Shown here piece by piece: positions 18,653 through 28,832 of a DNA stretch of 44,681 bases (its first letter is position 1; each line of letters starts with the position of its first letter). The position numbers and the translations under genes are program-made. The notes beneath the pieces were generated by a model. The model saw nothing but the letters and a program-made list of their open reading frames with translations. It made no database searches and was not told where the DNA came from. This DNA comes from Candidatus Woesearchaeota archaeon (GTDB lineage: Archaea > Nanobdellota > Nanobdellia > SCGC-AAA011-G17 > GW2011-AR17): contig JACRKH010000060.1 of the NCBI GenBank assembly GCA_016235495.1, positions 1-44,681 on the forward strand, given 5' to 3'.

Positions 18653-19048
18653 ATGATTACACGCTTCAAAAGGATAACCATTGTTCGCATTCGTGCGCCA
18701 GCACAGGAGATTACCCCAGAAATTCAATGGTTGTCTGAATCCCTTGGTTTGTTCTCAGAAAGAGATAAGGATCGTTCCTGTTTTCGTTTATTTCTTGCAA
18801 TAGTCCAGGCAAAGAGGCCAGTATCATCGGATGAACTGGCATACAAACTCAATCTCAGCAGAGCAACAGTAATTCATCACTTAACAAAACTTATTGCTTC
18901 TGGCATTGTCGTGATAGAAGACAGCAAATATGCATTGAGAGCAAAGAACCTCGAATCTACTTTAAAGAAAATGAAGCAGGATGTGCTTTCTGCCTATGAA
19001 GAAATGGAAGACATAGCAAAAAAAATAGATAAAGAGTTGCACATTTAA
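18653..19048 (+). CDS. Winged-helix (ArsR-like) regulator
   Basis: SSDELAYKLNLSRATVIHHLTKLIASGIV. Confidence 0.85.
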   Translation: MITRFKRITIVRIRAPAQEITPEIQWLSESLGLFSERDKDRSCFRLFLAIVQAKRPVSSDELAYKLNLSRATVIHHLTKLIASGIVVIEDSKYALRAKNLESTLKKMKQDVLSAYEEMEDIAKKIDKELHI

Positions 19049-19052
19049 AAAA

Positions 19053-19544
19053 TTAATACAAATGTACGTCGTGCACATTCGTGTAGGAAAACAATTCTTT
19101 CGCACTGAACCACAATGCAACTTCATGTGCAGCATCCTTCGCATCACCTGAAGCATGGATAATATTCTTCACTGGTAATTTTTTCGCATCTGCATAGGCA
19201 TAAGACACATGTGTGTAGTCCCCTCGAATAGTTCCAGGCACTGCTGTTCTTGGTTCCGTTCCGCCAACAATCTTTCGCACCACTTCAATTGCAACAACAC
19301 CTTCCCAAACCATCGCAACAACAGGCCCTTCAACCACATAGTCAAGCAGCATATTCCTTACAGCCTCGCCTCTTCGCACAGTAATATCCTCAGTATAATG
19401 CTTCTTCGCAAAATCCTTATCCACATGCAGCATTTTCATGCCAATCAATTTCAGGCCAGAATTTTCAAACCTTCGAATAACTTCCCCAATCAATGCTCTT
19501 TTCACACCATCAGGTTTTATCATGACAAATGTTCGTTCAATCAT
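19053..19544 (-). CDS. ndk: Nucleoside diphosphate kinase
   Basis: ERTFVMIKPDGV, PGTIRGD, NIIHAS. Confidence 0.97.
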   Translation of the reverse strand: MIERTFVMIKPDGVKRALIGEVIRRFENSGLKLIGMKMLHVDKDFAKKHYTEDITVRRGEAVRNMLLDYVVEGPVVAMVWEGVVAIEVVRKIVGGTEPRTAVPGTIRGDYTHVSYAYADAKKLPVKNIIHASGDAKDAAHEVALWFSAKELFSYTNVHDVHLY

Positions 19545-19568
19545 TTTTCCTCCATAAAAATAAAAAAA

Positions 19569-19754
19569 TTATTTCTTGCTCTTATCCTTTCCAGCAGAAG
19601 TAACCCACTTCATATTTTGTGGCTTTCGCTTCAAAAACAAAGTATGTTTCTCACACTTTCGAGAACAAAAATGGGTAATCTTCCCAGTCTTGTACACAAA
19701 GATAAGACCAGTGCCAGGCATCAATTCATTTCCGCAAAAACCGCATTTTGCCAT
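19569..19754 (-). CDS. rpl24e: 50S ribosomal protein L24e
   Basis: CGFCG..PGTG..FCSRKC..KW. Confidence 0.96.
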   Translation of the reverse strand: MAKCGFCGNELMPGTGLIFVYKTGKITHFCSRKCEKHTLFLKRKPQNMKWVTSAGKDKSKK

Positions 19755-20051
19755 TTATCGTTTCCCCTTATTGAGCCTTCTTGCCTCAATTTCTGTTTCT
19801 CTCAGCATAAGAATATCTTTCAAACGCACAGGGCCTTTTACATTCCTGCTTAGAATCTTGTTTGCATCTCTGCCCTCAAGAATCTTGCATCGCACTTGGA
19901 TGATTTCCCCTCGTGTGCCAGTTCTTCCCATGATTTCTTCAACACGAGCAGGAACAGCTTCGCTAAAAATAGTTTTCCCAGCAGTTTTTACCTCTGCTTT
20001 TTGTTCCTCTCCCTTTTGAGGAGCCTTTTCTTCTTTTTTAGCTGCTGCCAT
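19755..20051 (-). CDS. rps28e: 30S ribosomal protein S28e with N-terminal extension
   Basis: GRTGTRGEIIQVRC..RNVKGPVR..ETEIEARRL. Confidence 0.95.
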   Translation of the reverse strand: MAAAKKEEKAPQKGEEQKAEVKTAGKTIFSEAVPARVEEIMGRTGTRGEIIQVRCKILEGRDANKILSRNVKGPVRLKDILMLRETEIEARRLNKGKR

Positions 20052-20388
20052 TTTCGACCTGGAGACTGTCACTTATCTGCTTAATAATATTCTTTGCTTC
20101 GCCTTCTTGTATAATTGCAATGGAGCTCGTTCCAATACCCATTCCAGCTGCTGTTCCCAATTCTATTTTACTAGGAACATTGACAAGAGGAACCTTCTTC
20201 TCTTTACAGAGCGGGCCAAGATGCATGATAATCTCAGCAGGATTCGTATCCTTTGCAACAACAACAAGCTTGGCAATGCCTTTTTCAATAGCTTTAGTAG
20301 TTTCGTTTGTACCTTTTCGTAGTTTCCCAGAAGTCTTTGCTAACTCAACGGCTTCATAGGCTTTCTCGACCAATTGTTTTTCATCCAT
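20038..20388 (-). CDS. rpl7ae: 50S ribosomal protein L7Ae
   Basis: KGTNETTKAIEKGIAKLVVVAKD..ELGTAAG. Confidence 0.96.
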   Translation of the reverse strand: MDEKQLVEKAYEAVELAKTSGKLRKGTNETTKAIEKGIAKLVVVAKDTNPAEIIMHLGPLCKEKKVPLVNVPSKIELGTAAGMGIGTSSIAIIQEGEAKNIIKQISDSLQVENGSS

Positions 20389-20623
20389 GTATAAACCTCC
20401 AAACCTGTCATCGGTTTCAAGAAAGGATAAAAAAGAGGCTGTTTATAAAGGTTTCTGTGCATGCCAAGACATTTCGGATAGTGCTCATTTTTTTGTAAAA
20501 ATATATAGGCAAAAAGCCTTGAATTCTACCATTTTAGCCCATTCGAGAAGGTACATAAAAGTATTGGGATTAAGTATATATACTACGATATAATAACTAC
20601 ATAAATCCAAGGTTTGGGAAAAA

Positions 20624-21171
20624 ATGAAAGTAGAATACTATTTCGAAAATCCCTTATGTCATTATAAAACTCTTGAGAGGGTATTATCTAGACAATTTTT
20701 TATTATTGAACCTGTAGGGCCTGGTTGTACTTCGGGTTGTCCACTTTGTTTTGCAAAAAGAAGTAATAGTGATAAAATACTCGTTTCAAATACAACTTTT
20801 CCTGATTTAGAAGATAAGATGTTTATTAATGAAACAACTGAATCAACAATTCCTGGAATGGAAGAAGAAGTTAGCACTTTTTACAAAAGACTGCCATTCC
20901 TATTGTTGAAAAGGAGGATAGAGAACTCTTGAAATATTTTGATTTTAGATTATTCTTTGGCGAATATTATTTAAGGAAGGATGTTAGAAATGAAATGTTG
21001 AGTTGGGTGGTAGATGGTGGAAGAGATAAGGGGGTCGATGTCGGACTTTGTTTGGAATGTAATAGTTGTCATGAAATTTCTTCACAAGTAAGAACAAATA
21101 TTCTTTGTGAAGGGATATCACGAAATGTTATTAAAATTGTTCAAGAATTGAGGGGGCTAAAAAGAAAATGA
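20624..21171 (+). pseudogene. Split or degenerate radical SAM-like gene (ORFs 20624-20932 and 20929-21171)
   Basis: ORF1 has GCTSGCPLCFA (CxxxCxxC); ORF2 has YL..R..VGLCLE resembling SPL-like rSAM C-termini; about 180 aa combined. Confidence 0.45.
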
Positions 21172-21764
21172 AACTTATTTTGGTAAGGCACGGTCAGAGT
21201 GAACATAATGTAAAAGGAATAATGCAGGGTCATATATCCAGCAAACTCACCGAACAAGGAAAAAAACAAGCACAAGATGCAGCAGATATTTTGAAAAATG
21301 AAAGGATTGATGAAATTTATGCCAGCGATCTTGGACGAGTAATTGAAACAGCAAATATAATTAACACATACCATCAAAATAAGATTAAATTTACACCAGT
21401 CCTGAGAGAGAGATCTATGGGAAAATTTGAAGGGCAACCTGCGGAAATTTTAGAAAATGCTGTTAAAGAGAGTGGTGAAGCGTATCATCTCTTTAGGCCG
21501 GATGGAGGAGAATCCTGTTTAGATACGAGAAATAAAATGATTATTTTTTTGAATGAGATGATTGTAAAACATGCCCATCAAACAATTTTATTAGTCACTT
21601 CAGGAGGAAATATCTTAGAGCTGTTATTATACTTATTAAAAGCTCCCAGAGAAGATTATAAGAAATATAATCCTCCAAATTGTGGTGTTAGCATCATAAA
21701 CTGTAGTAAAAGCAATAATTGTAAGTTGTTAATGCTTAATTCAAAAAAGATTGAGAACGAGTAA
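21168..21764 (+). CDS. Histidine phosphatase family protein
   Basis: LVRHGQS..SDLGR..LRERSMG..GGES. Confidence 0.9.
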   Translation: MKLILVRHGQSEHNVKGIMQGHISSKLTEQGKKQAQDAADILKNERIDEIYASDLGRVIETANIINTYHQNKIKFTPVLRERSMGKFEGQPAEILENAVKESGEAYHLFRPDGGESCLDTRNKMIIFLNEMIVKHAHQTILLVTSGGNILELLLYLLKAPREDYKKYNPPNCGVSIINCSKSNNCKLLMLNSKKIENE

Positions 21765-21948
21765 AACATGGAAATGCCACAAAGATTTGAAGATTTAGAA
21801 GCATCGTATCCTCATTTTTCCAAGCTAGAGCTTCATTTTTTTAATTTAAAATATTGTGGCATAACTAACTTATAAATATTTTTATTACTTATTAGAAATA
21901 AATAGTTAATAAAAAGATTTATATCTTAAGAAAGAAAAAAGAAGAAAC

Positions 21949-22590
21949 ATGAAATTAATCTTTGGAGGGGGAGGATCTGGAGAGCAAAGCCTAGCTACAG
22001 ATAAGGTCTTTCTCAGCTTACTAAAAGAAAATGCAAAAATTCTGTATATTCCTATAGCACTAAGACACAAATATAGCCCTGAAGAATGTTTAAAATGGTT
22101 CAATGGTCAGTACCCTACACTCAAGACACAGACTACATTAGCAGATAACCTTAATGAAATAAACTCCTTAAATGATTTTGAGGGAATATATATTGGTGGA
22201 GGCAACACTTTTTCTCTCTTACAAGAAATTAGAGAAGCTAATTTTGATAAAAAGTTAATAGCATTTGCAAAAAAAGGAGGAATAATTTATGGAGGAAGTG
22301 CAGGAGCAATAATCCTTGCTGAGACTATTTTATCCAGCACAGATAAAAACATAAGCTCTCTTAATAATTTCGAAGCTTTGAGATTACTTAAAAATATTGC
22401 AATATGGCCACATTACAAAAAAGAACAAGATCAGAAAATTTATGAGTTTACTAAACAACACAAAGTATCAATATTAAGCATCTCTGAAGAAGGAGGCCTC
22501 TATTTTGATGGAAATATCCTTAAGATATTAGGAGATAATGTCTGCCTTTTTTTCAGTGAACAAAAAATAGAATTAAACCCTTCTCTCTAA
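21949..22590 (+). CDS. Peptidase E (S51) / class I GAT-like
   Basis: IYIGGGNTF, GGSAGA nucleophile elbow, WPHY. Confidence 0.88.
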   Translation: MKLIFGGGGSGEQSLATDKVFLSLLKENAKILYIPIALRHKYSPEECLKWFNGQYPTLKTQTTLADNLNEINSLNDFEGIYIGGGNTFSLLQEIREANFDKKLIAFAKKGGIIYGGSAGAIILAETILSSTDKNISSLNNFEALRLLKNIAIWPHYKKEQDQKIYEFTKQHKVSILSISEEGGLYFDGNILKILGDNVCLFFSEQKIELNPSL

Positions 22591-22851
22591 AACCTTTATT
22601 CTATAAACTCTGATTTGACATACTTATGCAAAATGGGTGGAACCTTTACTTTACCATCCCTAGTTTGATAGGTTTCAAGCAGTGCTACCATAAGCCTTGG
22701 CGTAGCAAGACCAGAACAATTAATAGTATTAACATAAGCTGTTCCATCATCAGTTCGATACCTTATATTTGCACGTCTTGCTTGAAAATCAGTACAATTA
22801 CTCCCAGAGGAAACTTCAGAAAATCTTCTTGTCTACCCCTCTGTCCGCAAA

Positions 22852-23565
22852 CTAATGCACTGCCACGCCAAACAGCGCACCAATGCCAAAGCCGGCCAAT
22901 GCAGCAAGCATGCCAATGAGCATCATCTGCAGGCCAGACTTCCAAGGACTGCCCACAGTAGTCTTCGCCTTATACGCGCCCACAAAGAACAATATCACAG
23001 AGGAAAGCACAAGGCTCGTCCAGACAGCAACATGTACAGGCAAAAAGAAGAAAGGAAATATAGGAATTAATGAACCAATCAATGCAGACAATCCAACAAT
23101 CCATGCAATATGCAATGGGCTTCTCTTCGGTGCACTCAATTTCAATTCTTGTGCCATCATCACATCTAACCATCTTTTTTTATTCGAAACAATATGCTCA
23201 ACCACAGTGTTCAGAAGACTCCCTTTGAATCCCAGTTGAGAATAAATTTTTCGAATCTCCTTTTTCTCTTCATCAGGAACATCTTTAATTTCTCGTGCTT
23301 CTTTATTCCTCTCACTCTGATAAAAATCTGCCTCAGCAGTGAAAGAAGTATACGCAACTGCACCCATAGAAATAGACTCAGCAAAAGTAGCCGCAAATGC
23401 AGCAGTGAGAATAATCTTCAAATCAGAGGTCGCAGTGGCAACACCCAGAGTAACCCCCAAGACATTGACAAGCCCATCCTGCCAGCCAAGAATAAAATCT
23501 CTCCAGCCTGAACTTCCAAGATGCTTTTCCATATGCTTCTTTCTGAGAAAAGCCTGTCTTGCCAT
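22852..23565 (-). CDS. VIT1/CCC1 Fe/Mn transporter
   Basis: RDFILGWQDGLV, AESISMG, multiple TM helices. Confidence 0.92.
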   Translation of the reverse strand: MARQAFLRKKHMEKHLGSSGWRDFILGWQDGLVNVLGVTLGVATATSDLKIILTAAFAATFAESISMGAVAYTSFTAEADFYQSERNKEAREIKDVPDEEKKEIRKIYSQLGFKGSLLNTVVEHIVSNKKRWLDVMMAQELKLSAPKRSPLHIAWIVGLSALIGSLIPIFPFFFLPVHVAVWTSLVLSSVILFFVGAYKAKTTVGSPWKSGLQMMLIGMLAALAGFGIGALFGVAVH

Positions 23566-23575
23566 AAAAGAAAAA

Positions 23576-23854
23576 TTATCTCCTCTTCTTCGCAGCTTTT
23601 CTAGCTATCTTCTTCACTTTTCTTGTTTCAGCTTCAAGCTTTTTCAATTCTCTTTCAAGCATGGCAAGACTCTTTTTTGAAATAACAATAGCTTCTCTCC
23701 CCACAATATGTGCATCACGGGAAAGCGTTCGTTCAAAGCTATGCAAGCTCTTCTTTTCATCCTTCGCTACTTTCTTGCTAAACTTTTTCCCAAAACTTTG
23801 CACCTTCGCCTTGATTGTCCCAGCAAGGCTTACTCTTCGTACTTTCTTTTTCAA
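23576..23854 (-). CDS. Hypothetical highly basic protein
   Basis: Lys/Arg-rich ORF; SD GGAGGTGA precedes TTG at 23854 (track start 23890). Confidence 0.6.
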   Translation of the reverse strand: MKKKVRRVSLAGTIKAKVQSFGKKFSKKVAKDEKKSLHSFERTLSRDAHIVGREAIVISKKSLAMLERELKKLEAETRKVKKIARKAAKKRR

Positions 23855-23923
23855 CCACTTCACCTCCTTTTCTAAAATGAAGATCAACAAGCATACAATG
23901 AAGAAGCAAGTTTAAAAATCTTT

Positions 23924-24568
23924 TTATTTAGAAGCTGCAAGTAAATCATCCAAAGTCTCATAAGGCGCCTCTAAAACCCTGTACATTTTTCTAAGAATCT
24001 CAGATCTAGGAAAACTTCGTGCATGGATATAGGAAGAAATAGTACTCCCAGCAAGGCCTACTCTTTCTCCTAATTGTACATAAGTTAAACCCAATTCTTT
24101 TAGCCTCAAAGAAAGAAAAGCACTAAGCTCTTTGTATGGAGATTGTGTTATTCTTTGTGTTCCCAAATATGTTCTATACTCTCTGGTATTCCTAAAAGGA
24201 GCTCCTGTTTCAGGATGAGTAAGTCTTTGCACTAAAGAGTTATGATATTCATCACAGGATCGAAAAGCCTCTCCATTTTTATTTTTTCTTCGCTGTATCC
24301 CAAATTTTTGATATTCTGCTCGTGAAGCAAATGCTTGTTTAGTTTTAGGATTTATCATAAGAGAAAGACGATAGTCTTGATATTCTCGATAAGAACGAAA
24401 TGCTTCACCTGTCTGAGGATTTATTCTTTCAACCAATCGCACATAGCCATAAACAGTAGAATAAGAAACACTAACACTACTTGCAATATCCCTCACAGAA
24501 AGTCCTTCTTGAGCAAGTTTTTTTATTTCCTCCTTAGTCTCATCGCTAATAACATGCCCCATAAGCAA
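23924..24568 (-). CDS. Double-HTH protein (N-terminal HTH, C-terminal XRE) with four internal repeats
   Basis: GLSVRDIA..VSYSTVYGY; repeats NPxTGExF.S..EY; LTYVQLGERVG..STISSY..SFP. Confidence 0.8.
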   Translation of the reverse strand: MLMGHVISDETKEEIKKLAQEGLSVRDIASSVSVSYSTVYGYVRLVERINPQTGEAFRSYREYQDYRLSLMINPKTKQAFASRAEYQKFGIQRRKNKNGEAFRSCDEYHNSLVQRLTHPETGAPFRNTREYRTYLGTQRITQSPYKELSAFLSLRLKELGLTYVQLGERVGLAGSTISSYIHARSFPRSEILRKMYRVLEAPYETLDDLLAASK

Positions 24569-24601
24569 AGGGAGAAATAAATTTCTAATATAAAAGTTTT
24601 T

Positions 24602-25210
24602 CTACAGCCCTAAAGGAAGAACATAACCCAAAATTAGAAGAAGCACTGCAAAGCCTATAGTGCAGAAGTACACAGTCCTGCTCCACGCCAGCACTTTCTT
24701 CCCATCAAGCACCCAGAAGGGCAGCATATTAAAGAGGGCAAGCCAGGTATTAATAATAAAGCCATAGGAAAAGATATTCCCTAACAAACCGAGAGGGGAA
24801 AGAAAGACAAAAGCAGCTAAAAAGAGCAAAGCTAAGACAATATTCACTAAAGGACCAGCAAGAGAAATCTTCCCATACTTTTCTTTGCTCACATGCCCCA
24901 TAATCATCACCGCGCCGGGAGCAGCAAAGACAAAGCCTAAGAAGGAAATAAACACCGCAAGGATAAGCATGCTCATATCCGCACGGAACTCTGCAAAGCA
25001 TCCATATCTTTGTGCAACAATCTTATGCCCCATCTCGTGCAATAAAAATCCTGTACCCACAGCTATTGCAGCAATAATAAAACTCTGAAGAAAATGTGCT
25101 TGTCCAATCCCAAATATCCCTCCAGAGAGCACAATGGCAAAGGCAATGGAAACAAAAAACCATGCTCTGGATAAATCTCGTATTTCAATCCTTGAAAATT
25201 TTATCTGCAT
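24602..25210 (-). CDS. Site-2 protease (M50) membrane metalloprotease
   Basis: HEMGH, AGPLVN, FNMLP..LDG. Confidence 0.92.
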   Translation of the reverse strand: MQIKFSRIEIRDLSRAWFFVSIAFAIVLSGGIFGIGQAHFLQSFIIAAIAVGTGFLLHEMGHKIVAQRYGCFAEFRADMSMLILAVFISFLGFVFAAPGAVMIMGHVSKEKYGKISLAGPLVNIVLALLFLAAFVFLSPLGLLGNIFSYGFIINTWLALFNMLPFWVLDGKKVLAWSRTVYFCTIGFAVLLLILGYVLPLGL

Positions 25211-25268
25211 ACTTCTAAAAATCAGTCCATCTATATAAATTTTATCCTTAGGTATTCATGAAGAAAAA

Positions 25269-26906
25269 TCAGTCGTGGGCATACACAAAGAGCATTTTCT
25301 TTTTATTATCAAGGCGGCAGAAGAACATCCTTTCAAACTGAATAATATCCCCTTCCTTCAAATCTTTCAGTGCCTTCTCCCCATGCCCCTCAAGAACAGA
25401 CCCATCATCCATAAGCACCTGCACAGGAACAGCATCCTTTACAGGCACACAATGAATAATTTTTGCTTTAAGTGAGGCATCATAAGCTTCTGAAACATAT
25501 GCTCCATTCTCAAAGTTAAACAGATGCATAAATCGATACATTTGCCCTCGAGGAATATCATCTTGTACATAAAAATCTGTATCAAATGCAACAGTTCGTG
25601 TTCCCATCTCTTTAAACTCAGGATGCAAAGGAACTGTAGCTTTTTTTAAGTCATTCTTCACTGTAATAATCTTCCCGCCCTTGACAAAAAAATATCTTCT
25701 CGCAATAGGATCAATAAGTTTTCTATTGATCGCCGCAACTTGGCTCCAATCGAGATTCGTTGCAGTTGCAGAGAGACCAACTTCAAGAACAAGCTCATAA
25801 AAAGTTTCAGGAACAATCCCTCTTCGTCGCAGCGCCATTAAAGTCATCAGCCTTGGATCATCCCAGCCATCTACCTCTCCCTTTTCAATTCTCTCTCGGA
25901 TAACCCTTCCCTGCGTATCAAATCCATTCACAGAAAATCTTCCATATTGTAATACTTCCTGCTTTTTGAAACCCAGCAAATCTTTGATATAATTCTGTAG
26001 TTCAACTCGCATGCTGCCAAACTCAATGCTTCTGAGAATATGTGTTACCCCAGCAATCTCTTCGCCAATCACTGTTTCGAAATCATACATAGGCCACACA
26101 AGATATTTATCTTTGACAAGAGGATGTGCATGATGAACAATCCTAAAGAGAACAGGATCGCGCATGGTTGCATTCAGGCTGTCAATCTCTCCAACGAGAC
26201 GAAGCGTAGCTTCACCAGCCTTGTACTTCCCTGCAAGCATAGCATTCCACTCCTCCATGTTCTTTCGTTCATGTTGTACTCTGTGGTCGCAAATCTTCGC
26301 ATGTGTTCTGTAGTCGCTAATTTTTTCTTTATCACAAAAACAAACATAAGCAGATTCTTTTTTTATAAGTTCTTCAGCATATTTGTAAAAAGTTCCCATC
26401 TCTTCAGAAGCAACAATAATTCTATCAGGTTCAATGCGCAGCCAGACTAATGCATCATGAATGGCATCATAATATTCTTTCTTTGCTTTTTCGGGATTCG
26501 TATCATCAATTCTCAGAACGCATTTCCCATGATACTTCTGTGCATACATATAATTCAGAAGAAAAGACAAAGCATGCCCTAAGTGGGGATACTTGCTCGG
26601 TTCCGGAGGAATTCGTGTGACCACAGGGCCAGTAACATGCGGTAACTCTGCAAGTTCTCTTTTCTTTTTTTCCTTCTTTTCATGAAGCAGTTCCGGTGCA
26701 ATGCTTTCCAATGCTTCTTTTTGTTGCTCAAGAGACATACTATTCACTTTTTTAACCGCTTCCTGCACTTTCTTAGAAATTTCTTTAATCTCATTCTTTA
26801 ATTTTGGATTCTCAGAAAAAAGCTGCCCGAGAACAGCACCTGGATTCGCCTTGCCATCAAACTTCAAAGCATTAAATAAGGCAAACTTTTCAATCTCTCT
26901 GTCCAT
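25269..26906 (-). CDS. gltX: Glutamate--tRNA ligase, archaeal type
   Basis: TRIPPEPSKYPHLGHA, DDTNP, RDPVLFR, GWDDPRL, QFER. Confidence 0.96.
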   Translation of the reverse strand: MDREIEKFALFNALKFDGKANPGAVLGQLFSENPKLKNEIKEISKKVQEAVKKVNSMSLEQQKEALESIAPELLHEKKEKKKRELAELPHVTGPVVTRIPPEPSKYPHLGHALSFLLNYMYAQKYHGKCVLRIDDTNPEKAKKEYYDAIHDALVWLRIEPDRIIVASEEMGTFYKYAEELIKKESAYVCFCDKEKISDYRTHAKICDHRVQHERKNMEEWNAMLAGKYKAGEATLRLVGEIDSLNATMRDPVLFRIVHHAHPLVKDKYLVWPMYDFETVIGEEIAGVTHILRSIEFGSMRVELQNYIKDLLGFKKQEVLQYGRFSVNGFDTQGRVIRERIEKGEVDGWDDPRLMTLMALRRRGIVPETFYELVLEVGLSATATNLDWSQVAAINRKLIDPIARRYFFVKGGKIITVKNDLKKATVPLHPEFKEMGTRTVAFDTDFYVQDDIPRGQMYRFMHLFNFENGAYVSEAYDASLKAKIIHCVPVKDAVPVQVLMDDGSVLEGHGEKALKDLKEGDIIQFERMFFCRLDNKKKMLFVYAHD

Positions 26907-26959
26907 AGGAAAGAAGGGGAAACAGGAATATATAAATATATCCCCAGCTTCACAGAACT

Positions 26960-27421
26960 ATGCAAACTGTCCAGTTCTTAAATACGAGAGAAAAAAAAGA
27001 AATCTATAAGACTTTGGAAGAACAGTTTGGAAGCACAGAAAAATTAGACTATGCCTTTTTTCAGAATTCGCAGGATAAAATATTTTTTATGAGTAATGAC
27101 TATGCAAAGTTAAACACAAATGGTTTAAGAATAAATAATAGGGGCATGTACTTTGCAACAAAAGAAAGAGATGGGATAAGGCTAAGCATTGAAGGTGCCC
27201 AGCTCATAAAACCAACAAAAAATGTTATTCATTTAGATAAAAAACAAGTGGAGCTTTGGATGAAAGGAGAAGATATCCCTATGGAAGGGAGCAATGGCTA
27301 TGTCATTATTCAACATGAGAAGGATATTCTCGGATGTGGCATGCTAAAAAACAATACACTGAGAAACATGGTGCCAAAGGAAAGAAGACTGCATAGCATC
27401 ACAGAATCTTCTGAAGAATAG
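26960..27421 (+). CDS. NIP7/RsmF C-terminal-like PUA protein
   Basis: GMYFA..IRLSIEGAQL..WMKGEDI..GCG..NMVPKERR. Confidence 0.8.
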   Translation: MQTVQFLNTREKKEIYKTLEEQFGSTEKLDYAFFQNSQDKIFFMSNDYAKLNTNGLRINNRGMYFATKERDGIRLSIEGAQLIKPTKNVIHLDKKQVELWMKGEDIPMEGSNGYVIIQHEKDILGCGMLKNNTLRNMVPKERRLHSITESSEE

Positions 27422-27447
27422 GCGTAATTTTTAAAATCAAAAAGAGA

Positions 27448-28014
27448 TTAGCTGATAGTCTTCTGATTAGTCCTATAATCCAGAACATTAAAATGGTCAT
27501 CTAACTCAAAATAAGTCAATGCACAGAAGTCTGATTTGTAGTTCTTCCTTTCTTCTTTTGATTTCTTTAATAGAATAACTACAATATTTGAAATGAACCC
27601 TGCATGTGATATTATGAGTATATTCTGTTCCTTTTGTTTTTTCAGTTTCTGCACAAATCTTTCTGCTCGATGATAGGCATCACTTTCATTTTCCCCTCCT
27701 TCAGGCCTGAATTCTTCTTTGGTTAAGCCTGATTCACGCAGAGCAGTTCTGTATTCCTCTGCAGTCCTGCCTTGGAGAATGCCATTTTTCTGCTCAATAA
27801 CCTCATCTGTGAATTCTACAGGAACATGAAGTATAGCAAGAGTTGGCTCCACAGTTTTTCTAGTCCTATTTAGACTACTACAAATAATTTTATCAATCTC
27901 AAATTTGCAAAGATACTTCGCCAATTTCTGAGCCTGTTCAACTCCTTCCTCTGTCAGTGTATCTTGTTCTTCCCCATATCCTCTTTGTGCATGTCGAATA
28001 AAGTAGAGTTTCAT
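27448..28014 (-). CDS. Histidine phosphatase family protein (cluster A)
   Basis: FIRHA, SSLNRT, PEGGE, SHAG; ATGA overlap with kinase. Confidence 0.88.
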   Translation of the reverse strand: MKLYFIRHAQRGYGEEQDTLTEEGVEQAQKLAKYLCKFEIDKIICSSLNRTRKTVEPTLAILHVPVEFTDEVIEQKNGILQGRTAEEYRTALRESGLTKEEFRPEGGENESDAYHRAERFVQKLKKQKEQNILIISHAGFISNIVVILLKKSKEERKNYKSDFCALTYFELDDHFNVLDYRTNQKTIS

Positions 28015-28832
28015 ATTTTCTTTTCCATGATTTCATTTAATTCCCTTTTAGTTCTTTCAATTGTCTTTTGTGGTCTATGCCTCAAAGCAAAACCTAAGTT
28101 ATAAAGGCTTCTATAAAAAATCCCTGATCTCAAAAATCTTGCAGATTGTTCTTCATTAATATTTAATGGATTTCCTAAATTTTCATAGGTAGCTTTAGCA
28201 AGTTGTTCTAAAATGCCAGTCTTGTTCCTTTTTTCCATATACAAAAAAGCAATATCATACCATGGATTTGCAATGGCAGTAAGTCCAAAGTCTATAAAAT
28301 ATAATCCTTCAGATGAAGGAATACAATGTAGCGACTTAAGGTCTCCATGCACAACACAAAGTGGTGATGAAAGGTTATACTCCCCCCGCATAAATTGCAA
28401 TGCCCTTTCTAATATGTCTTCCTCTTCTATGTTACTCTTAGCAAACTCTTCATTTAAATAAGAAAGTCTATGAAATATTTTTTCTTTACTTAAGTCTATC
28501 CTGGGTAATAAAAACGAAGGGACATCATCCAAAGTTTTGAGATATAATTTACTTATTTCAGCTATGCTCTCTACATCTGTAGGCTCTCTTATTTTTTCGA
28601 TAAATTGAAATTCCAAAAAATCATCGCCAAACATAAATAGTGATGGTATTTTAATGACCTCTTGTTTAGCCAGATATCTATAAGCGAGTTCTTCTCTTGC
28701 TCTCTCTAGTGGACTTGGGAATTTTTTGCAGACTATTCGGAGATTATCTCTTTCAACTGCAAAAGTTTTGCTTTGTTCGGTTTGGCAGAGTAATGCCGTC
28801 TCATAAATTTGGAGATATTCCTCAAAATTCAT
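28011..28832 (-). CDS. APH/choline-kinase-like phosphotransferase (cluster A)
   Basis: VCKK, VVHGDLK, FIDFG, WYDIAFL. Confidence 0.85.
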   Translation of the reverse strand: MNFEEYLQIYETALLCQTEQSKTFAVERDNLRIVCKKFPSPLERAREELAYRYLAKQEVIKIPSLFMFGDDFLEFQFIEKIREPTDVESIAEISKLYLKTLDDVPSFLLPRIDLSKEKIFHRLSYLNEEFAKSNIEEEDILERALQFMRGEYNLSSPLCVVHGDLKSLHCIPSSEGLYFIDFGLTAIANPWYDIAFLYMEKRNKTGILEQLAKATYENLGNPLNINEEQSARFLRSGIFYRSLYNLGFALRHRPQKTIERTKRELNEIMEKKI

